Of a DNA stretch of 64,000 nt, positions 56,801 to 64,000 are shown one piece after another. This DNA is from Bugula neritina (Eukaryota > Animalia > Bryozoa): contig OZ037766.1 of assembly GCA_964035545.1 (NCBI GenBank), forward strand, positions 6,686,722-6,750,721, in the 5' to 3' direction. Position 1 is the first letter of the stretch. Every line of letters begins with the position of its first letter. The notes under the pieces are model-generated. The model made no database searches, had not been told where the DNA came from, and saw nothing but the letters and a program-made list of their open reading frames with translations. Made by a program: the position numbers and the translations under genes.

Positions 56801-59098
56801 CTTTGGTATAATTATTATATGCTACTATCAACTGCTGCTTAAATATTTGTTTAAGCAAATTTGTGTCATTTCCCAGCCATCTCAACACTTTGGCCTTGAA
56901 GTGCTTACTGTCTATCACTATTGAGCCTTCTCTTAGAGCTATATCGTACATCCTAGAAAGCGACTTCAAGTTTTCTCTACAGTTATTAAATAAATAAATA
57001 AATTAAATAAATTAATATGACTCAGTAATACTTCAAAATAAATAGAAATTATCTTTTAAAATTAATTCACAGCGATTATCAAATCACAAACTTTAAAAAT
57101 TTTCACCTAGACTTATCAATTATCACTTAGCAAAAACAAAGCTTATAATTACATTATACACAGTTAGGCTACAAGTTAGAACTTAAAACAAATTATAATG
57201 GCTTCATTGTTTTTATATTTTTACTGAATCATTCTATTGCTCATATTTCAAAGCTGCACGTAGCTAAAAAATTATGCACTTCAAATTCTTTGGTATGATT
57301 TGAAATCTAAATAGCCCCTAACTTGGCTAACAGGTTTAATCCCTGATCCGGTAGCTGGGAACAAAACTCCAACCGTTTTTATTATCCAACTGAAGATAGC
57401 TTTTATTCAACAAAATGATATTCTTTAGTGACAATATAAGGTGCATCAGTAGAGTCTCAAAATTGCAACAAAGTTTCAATGTTATCTTAACTGATACACC
57501 CTCCCCCCCCCCACAGTTTAACCATTTTTCATTCTAAAATGACAAAGCTTCAGAAAAGTAAATGTCACGCAAGGAGTATGAAATCCGGCACAACTATAAT
57601 AGTGTATACCATATTACTGATATTAGTATACTGTAATTTAATATAATACTTGGCGAAGAAGACAGTATAAGATTAATTAGCTTTGTAATAGAGATTATAT
57701 TAATTCCAGTCATACAGGAACATAACTAAGCCAGAACACCTGGCTATATTAGAACTTAGAGAGAGAACTAGTTTTGGCTATATCCAGGAATAGACCGATA
57801 AATTCCTCACTGGCTTTCTTTTACGCTCACTTATGTTATAAACTTACTAACCTGCATTTCAAAAGCCGCCATTGCTGAACTATCAAGGGAAGACTTTTTA
57901 TGTTTAAGTGATCTTTGGCTGGCGTACATTGCTGGAAATACAACTTCATTATGTAGTAATAAGAAAGCTTAACCTGGATATAATTTTATAAAACAAGTGA
58001 CGCAAGGGTATTTATGGTATGGTGTAAGCATGTAGAGAAATGTGCTACTATATATTTTGTTACATTTGTTTGAGAATTGTTTGTCTTTCCTCAGTAAACA
58101 AAATACAGGTCAGCAAGGTCAAATTTTCAGTCAATAAGTTTTAAAACTAGTAATTTTATTATTCATATAATTACAAACCTTTAATATATCTAAAATTATA
58201 GCAAAATATACCGGGTATTGAAATGGTCACTTTTAGGTTTTTATGCAAACTAGATTTCTTATTAATAGGTTCTATAAGTTACAAAAAAATTTGAGTCAAC
58301 TTATTTTAGGTTTGAATAACAACATTGCTTATCTCCACTAGTCTACAAAAGTGAAACTTGAGATAATGTTTTCCATAGTACAGTATTAGAACTTTGCTCT
58401 ACAATTGTATCTCATCTATTCATTAAATGAGTTAAAATGGTTGAAACCCATCACAACTGTCAAGTATACACAAGAGTAGGAAATGCTAGTAGTAACAGTT
58501 TGTCGCTATGGGACCCAGTCTTTAATTTCTAGTCAACGTTAAATTCACATTTTCCATCTCTAATATCTAGGAGTCCCACATAAAACACTGCGGTTTGTGA
58601 GAGTTCAAGAGAATTTCAAGAGTTGTATAATATATTATGTTCATAGAGCAGCGTTGCTGATGCTAGACGTACTAAATCAGCATCCAACAAGCCATTTACC
58701 CAAGCTGCATCTAAACAGCGTGTCCGTACTCCGTTGAGTAACTAATAGCTATATACGCTTATTCACACCAACAGCATTACTATTTGTTGAAAACAAACAG
58801 CTAAAGTTAGAGCCTAGAAAAGACACTTGAGATATGCAAGTCATAGAAATACCTTATCTTTTGACGAGCTAAAGGGAATAGTGAACTGCTGCCAGGTATG
58901 AGGAAATCTCTCAGACTCAACACTTCCTACAATTGGTAGCAACCGCTTGGGTTTGAGATGAAAGTTTCCTGCCTTGTTCAAGTTGAGAAAGAAAAGGCAT
59001 ACCAGCGTCACTATCAAACATACAACTCCCAGTTTCAGTGCCTTTTGCAGACTACTTTGACCGGCTGTTACCGATGAATCTACACATGTACCCTGCAT
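50815..59098 (-). CDS. GalT/HIT-superfamily nucleotidyltransferase-like protein with N-terminal transmembrane helix (about 484 aa)
   Basis: Phase-consistent exons 58853-59098, 57852-57931, 56731-56976, 56225-56281, 55912-56079, 53509-53639, 52836-52975, 52545-52629, 52142-52215, 51709-51816, 50815-50934 (1455 nt). Motifs FNPLRAKRP, CDFC and GASQYHPHLQ (GalT HxHxQ). TM segment LGVVCLIVTLVCLFFL. The ATG at 59098 overlaps a possible acceptor (tttcatgcag), so an extra upstream exon is possible. Confidence 0.85.
50980..51690. repeat. GT-rich 12/14-bp minisatellite filling the last intron of the GalT-like gene
   Basis: Units gttgtatagtgt / gttgtatagtgtgc over about 700 bp; source of the H/T/Y-repeat ORFs. 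Confidence 0.95.
54290..55330 (+). mobile_element. Decayed non-LTR retrotransposon fragment (possible restriction-like endonuclease end), antisense in an intron of the GalT-like gene
   Basis: About 1 kb, strongly purine-rich, coding-like but broken by stops. Residual peptide ILDLAW...KRKVFFVIDFT...KY recalls the PD..D..K..KY pattern of REL domains. Boundaries are approximate. Confidence 0.35.
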
Positions 59099-60070
59099 GA
59101 AATATACAAAATAATAGAGAGGCTATAAAAAAGAACAACAGTATCACATGCCTAGTTTTCATTGTTTAGAAGCTAGTTTTGCAAGTGCAAGTTATGTAGA
59201 CTCTAATCAATGAACTAAAATTAAAGTTATAGTTCAATGACTCTAATCATAGTAGCTGGTTAATAACTAGGATCAATTGTTTACAATTGTCATTATGCTT
59301 CTTTACACTTTGGATTTAAAGTTGGCCAAATTCACCACTAATTTGCAATTATAATTACATAATAGGGAATAGTGAAATATATTATACATATGGATTGGCA
59401 TTGATCAATGGGAACAGTGTCATTCCAATGAAATTGCCATTGAATTCATTGATGGTTCTGAACCGATCATTATAATGAAATGCTGGATCAGCTAATGTAG
59501 ACAACAACTTCAAGTATCTCTTATAAGTTATAACCTCTGACAGAAGTGCAGTTCAATTAAGACAAATTTAATCCGATTATTTTATTTCTCCTATACAACG
59601 TTTCTGTCAGTGATAAGATTGCAAGGCTTCAGATAAATAGATCACTACTTTCATTTGAAAGCGTTTACTTCTATACATAATAAAATAATTCAATTTACAA
59701 TTTGTTTTTTCTTTTTCTAAATGTGCAATTCTGGGCTTTGGGGTCTAATAAACTAATTAAAGCAAAAACAAAAAGAGGAGTAAGTGGCAAAATATTGTAA
59801 TGGATTTTAACGCTCTAGTAGTTATATCGCGTCATTATTATAATTGACTTAGCGTAACTTTCTAAATACTGATTAGCTGTTGTAATTATAGCTAAGCTTT
59901 TTGCGTAGCTTTCTAATGCCTTAAATATCGTAATTATAACTAAGCTCGTAGCGTAATGATTTTGAATTGCCTTCCTATTTTTATTGTTTGTTTTTAAGTT
60001 ACTGTAATAGTTTTTGGAGTTATGTTTCCTGCCACTTCTTTTTGTTGAGATATATAAATAAGTATGTGAG

Positions 60071-60173
60071 CCGAAGCTCGTCCGAAGGCACGATGTCGGA
60101 GGGGCCTGTCCGAGATCGGACAGAGTCCTTCCGACTTCGGTCGGCGGAACTCCGAACTTCGTACGAGCTTCGG
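60071..60173. other. GC-rich nested inverted-repeat element
   Basis: Outer arms ccgaagctcgtccgaag / cttcgtacgagcttcgg (16/17 match); inner hairpins ctgtccga-ga-tcggacag and ccgac-ttcg-gtcgg. Confidence 0.8.
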
Positions 60174-60206
60174 ACCCCCACCAGTGGCGGGAATTTTTGC
60201 AGTATA

Positions 60207-63204
60207 TGTGACCAGTCGCGACAAAACCGGGGATGTGGCGGCGTTTATAAAGTGTAGTAAATGAAGGTTTAATTTGGAAATACTGAAATTTGAAATTTAT
60301 TTTCAATTTTTTGATTTTAAACTTTTCTAATACAAAAAAATCCAAGGATTTCAAAAATCATATTTTCGCAAGCATTTGATGCTTCCTTCAGCTCTAAAAT
60401 TGCATTTAAAGTTGGTAACTAAGATATTCAATTTTTCAAATGATGAAAAAATTGCGCAGTTATAAAATAAAGAAAGAAGACAATTTTAGTCATTTTTATA
60501 GCGTGAGATCTTGCAAATTTAGTTTTTGTCAAATGAATTTACCTTAAACCTCTTTTTTGCATTGTCAGAAGCATCATATTCAAAATCAAAGGCTAGTTCT
60601 CGTTTTTCATTGCGCTCCATGCTAAGTTAGCTTGTAATGTAATTAGTTACTGAGCTGATTTGCCTTTTGATGATAGATGCTTAACTTAATCTTTAGCGTT
60701 CAAGCTTGAAAATCACAACATCACAGGTAATTATATTCAAAACAATCATTTACACTACTAGCTTAAACTTTTTCCCAGGATTATTTGTAGTTATCAATTT
60801 ATTTATACCTACAATTATACTATCACTATGACTCACAGTTTGTGGTACTCATAATCAAATCGATAATCATAATGAATATGAATATCATTCATCATTCATC
60901 TCATGATTTACTGATACTGGTAGTGGTACTTGGTAGCAAAACTAAATGCAGCTCACTAATAGTAATAGTATAACTATAAGTAATTAAATTTAATAATTAT
61001 AATTTCACTATTTCAATTTGTGTCTGAGTTTCGTTTTTGGCTTTGCCCTTCGGTCTTAAACTTAAAGCTTGATACTGATAGTGTGGTAATTGCTGTTATT
61101 TTAGTTTACATTAGACTTACTCTTAGTAACTCTTAGCCTCTGTCTTACATTTTGTCAATACAGTTACTGATTACTATTACTATTAGTATTAGTATTAGTA
61201 TTACTCATAGTTGACATTGACAACTATTAGAGTTAGACTTAGTATTGCCACAAAGTTGTTAATAGACTTGAAGATTTTTAGAAATGAATATTATTTTAAT
61301 TAAATATGTTTAAATATATTTTATTATAATCAAGCTACCGTTTTCTTTTGTTATTTTTAAATTAGCTCAAAGTTTGATTTAAAATATAATGATAAAATCA
61401 TTATCACATTATGCAGGCTTACAGTTACACTTACTGTCAAACCTCAATTGATAATCGTATTCATATTAATAAAAGCATCGCCTATAACCAAATTGAAATG
61501 GTAAATGTGATTAAATGTGAATGATTATAATAATAAAATATTAATGTGAGTTAATGATGATTGCTTCGAAATTGCCAATTGCAGATATGCTAGATATTCA
61601 AGTCTATAATATGTAATTTTACTGATAATACTATGTTAATATTGAATAATCCGATATTCTGTACATTTTAGAAAGTGGACTTGTAATCGCATCAGAGTGA
61701 AGACTTATACCTACACAACTCTACTACCTATCAATCTAATACTTCTAATGTAGACACTCTGGATTTTGGCTTGCGAGGTTATGGCTTCTGCTTATTTCAT
61801 TCACAAAAAGGTTTGCAGTCTTTTAATGATGTGCTTGAATATTTTCGAAAAATTTTTTTAATTTAAGTTGTTTGGTTTAATTCAATAAATTTAAATTTTG
61901 GTAAAATTCATAATCACAATTAACTGCTGCCATAATAGTACCACTGAAGTGTTTAACCAACTAATTTTTTATGATATAACTGGGTATATTTTTCAATCAA
62001 ACTACCGTTTCCTTTTGTTATTTAAAAAATTTCAACATTGTACTTGCAGCTCTGGAGTAGACAGTAAGTGCGTAGAGTGGCAGGATGGATGTCAAGTAGC
62101 AGCATCTATAATTGCTGGAAAATCAGTTGATGATAGTGATGAAGCTTTTTCCACACGCATGATGTTATGTGTCCATACTCCTTAAACTCATATTACGAAG
62201 AACAAAGAATTAGAAAGATGAAACGTGCCTTTTTTGCAAAGATCATAGAAGCTACCTAATTTTCTTTTCTTTATTAAAGAATTAATTAAAACATAATGGT
62301 TGTATCCAGGCTGGATTTTTTACTGCATTTAATTAGTTTTTTAAAATAATGTGTTTGATGTTTTTTAATGTGAATATTAATGCCTAAATAAAACTTAACA
62401 GTTCTAATAGGTGATTTTCTGTTTATATTTTCAACTTCTCAGCCAAATCAATTGCTAAATTTAGTTGCCGTTAGAGATTATAAAGATATTTCTAAGTCAA
62501 TCTCGCATGATCTCATAAAAGTCAAATAATTTTCTCATTATAAGTGTTCTACTCATTAAGCAATAACTATGAAACATTACAGCTCAATAGCTGCAGTTTG
62601 ATATATTACACAATATATTAGAGGAGAGGAAGATATTCAATGTATAACAGGAAGCAGCTGCCATTTTGTTTTATGTGACTTCCTGCTGACTTGGATGTCT
62701 AGTTTAAATATCTCAACACACACACTTGCTGAAACATCCTCTTCTTTGTCGGAATTGTTAAACCTCTCAACCATTAAACAAAGTAAAAGTCGAATTGACA
62801 AATAAATTAGACAAAAAGTTTGGCGGCCATATTTGACCTAATTTTAAGTTGAGGCAGCATGAAATTTAGTTTAACAGAAAGCCCAAACTTTCACAATTAT
62901 TTTGGTACCAAATTTGTCGCTATTCCTATTATACAAAGACCCGTTGCTAAGGCTTGTAAATTGTAAACAAATAATTGTCAACTTATTCTAGAGTTGCCAA
63001 CTTTAAACGCGATTTTCTCGAAAGAGTAATTTAGAAATTCTAAAAACGTTAAAGTTTTTAAATACTGATATCTCGAGTTCTATTTATGCTAGAGACTTCA
63101 AATAAAGTGCAAAATGTTTGAAAAAGTCTGCTCTATCGCTCTATAGTAATAACTAGGTTTTCAACATTTTATATACATCCCTTGTTTTGTGGTGCCAGGT
63201 CACA
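60207..63204. mobile_element. About 3.0-kb non-autonomous DNA transposon with TGTGAC termini
   Basis: Terminal IR 60207-60236 vs 63175-63204 (24/30 identical). Second IR 60396-60420 vs 62992-63016 (22/25) at matching distance from each end. TATA on both flanks. No intact transposase ORF. Confidence 0.75.
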
Positions 63205-63801
63205 TATAAGTGCGAGTTTTTCCAGTCTAAATCAGTACTGCACTGGAGCTGATACATGAAGGAACCAATAAAGACTACTAATTACAATTTATCAAAGACT
63301 CTTTATTCAAGAATAATAATTGGCATGCAGACTACTTAGTCTATTTTCATACAACCCGCAAAATCATAACAATATTAACTAAAACCCAACTAGCTTTAGC
63401 CATGTCTGTTTGCACCATGAAGCAAAATTGAAGGGCTGATGAATTTTGGATTTGTACATTTTGAGGGTAAATGTATTTGTAAAAATTGACCATAGGAACT
63501 GGTAGTTTTTTAAAGCATGTAAACTAGCGATTGCCATAATTAAGTAACTAGCGCATACTGAAAAAATTTTCACCACGAATTTAATCCTATGAAGACTATT
63601 TGTGATAACTTTAGATGCATGTAATATACTTGTAGGCTGTCTAGTAAGGGGTAGTTACATAATTATCTTAAACTAATGGCTTTAAATAGCCAAAAGATAC
63701 TTTGGGACTGCAGCAAGATTTTCGAGAAAATGGCCGATTGGTTTAAATACAAAAAAATGGGTTTTCATGCTTATGATTTATTGTATTATTTTACCTCCAG
63801 T

Positions 63802-64000
63802 GGGGCCATCCATAAATTATGTCACACTTTATTCAGCACTTTTTGACCCCCCCTCCCCCCCTTGTCACAAAGTGTCACGCTTATATGACCCCCTCCCCCC
63901 ATGTGATGTCACACAGATTATGTAAACGCCCTTTTAAGATTAAATACTCCATACAAAAAGTACTGATTGAATGGTTTATGTTTAGTAATGATTACAGGCA
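63802..64000. mobile_element. Left end of a probable MITE (Zator/PIF-Harbinger-like), truncated by the window
   Basis: GGGGCCATCCATAAATTATGTCACAC followed by repeated TGACCCCC(T)CCCCCC..GTCACA subterminal motifs, as I recall from invertebrate MITE ends. The partner TIR is not in the window. Confidence 0.55.

Noticed and set aside
59815-60354. 179-aa minus-strand ORF with repeated LESYAKS
   Set aside because: No ATG start; spans a transposon end, the GC hairpin and a degenerate ~50-bp tandem repeat; no protein-like features.

Overview
AT-rich, intron-dense eukaryotic DNA from an invertebrate animal; the species cannot be fixed from sequence alone. I rebuilt five protein-coding genes by hand from splice sites and reading phase. 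(1) 5' part of ILVBL/HACL2 on the minus strand, running off the window start. (2) A complete 47-exon type-I ferlin (myoferlin/dysferlin-like, about 2,030 aa) on the plus strand, head-to-head with ILVBL. (3) A mostly disordered ~990-aa uncharacterised protein. (4) A class-A peptide-receptor-like GPCR. (5) An 11-exon minus-strand gene for a GalT/HIT-superfamily enzyme with an N-terminal membrane anchor. The non-coding content includes many intronic minisatellites, a Tc1/pogo-type MITE, a ~3-kb TIR element, a decayed non-LTR fragment, a 136-bp palindrome and a GC-rich nested hairpin. The most notable signals are a hidden alternative-splicing programme in the ferlin (mutually exclusive exons in a C2 Ca2+ loop, a 3-nt microexon, and 27-, 45- and 72-nt cassette exons) and the apparently luminal GalT-like enzyme. 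All gene models and family assignments come from manual reading and recall, not from database searches.
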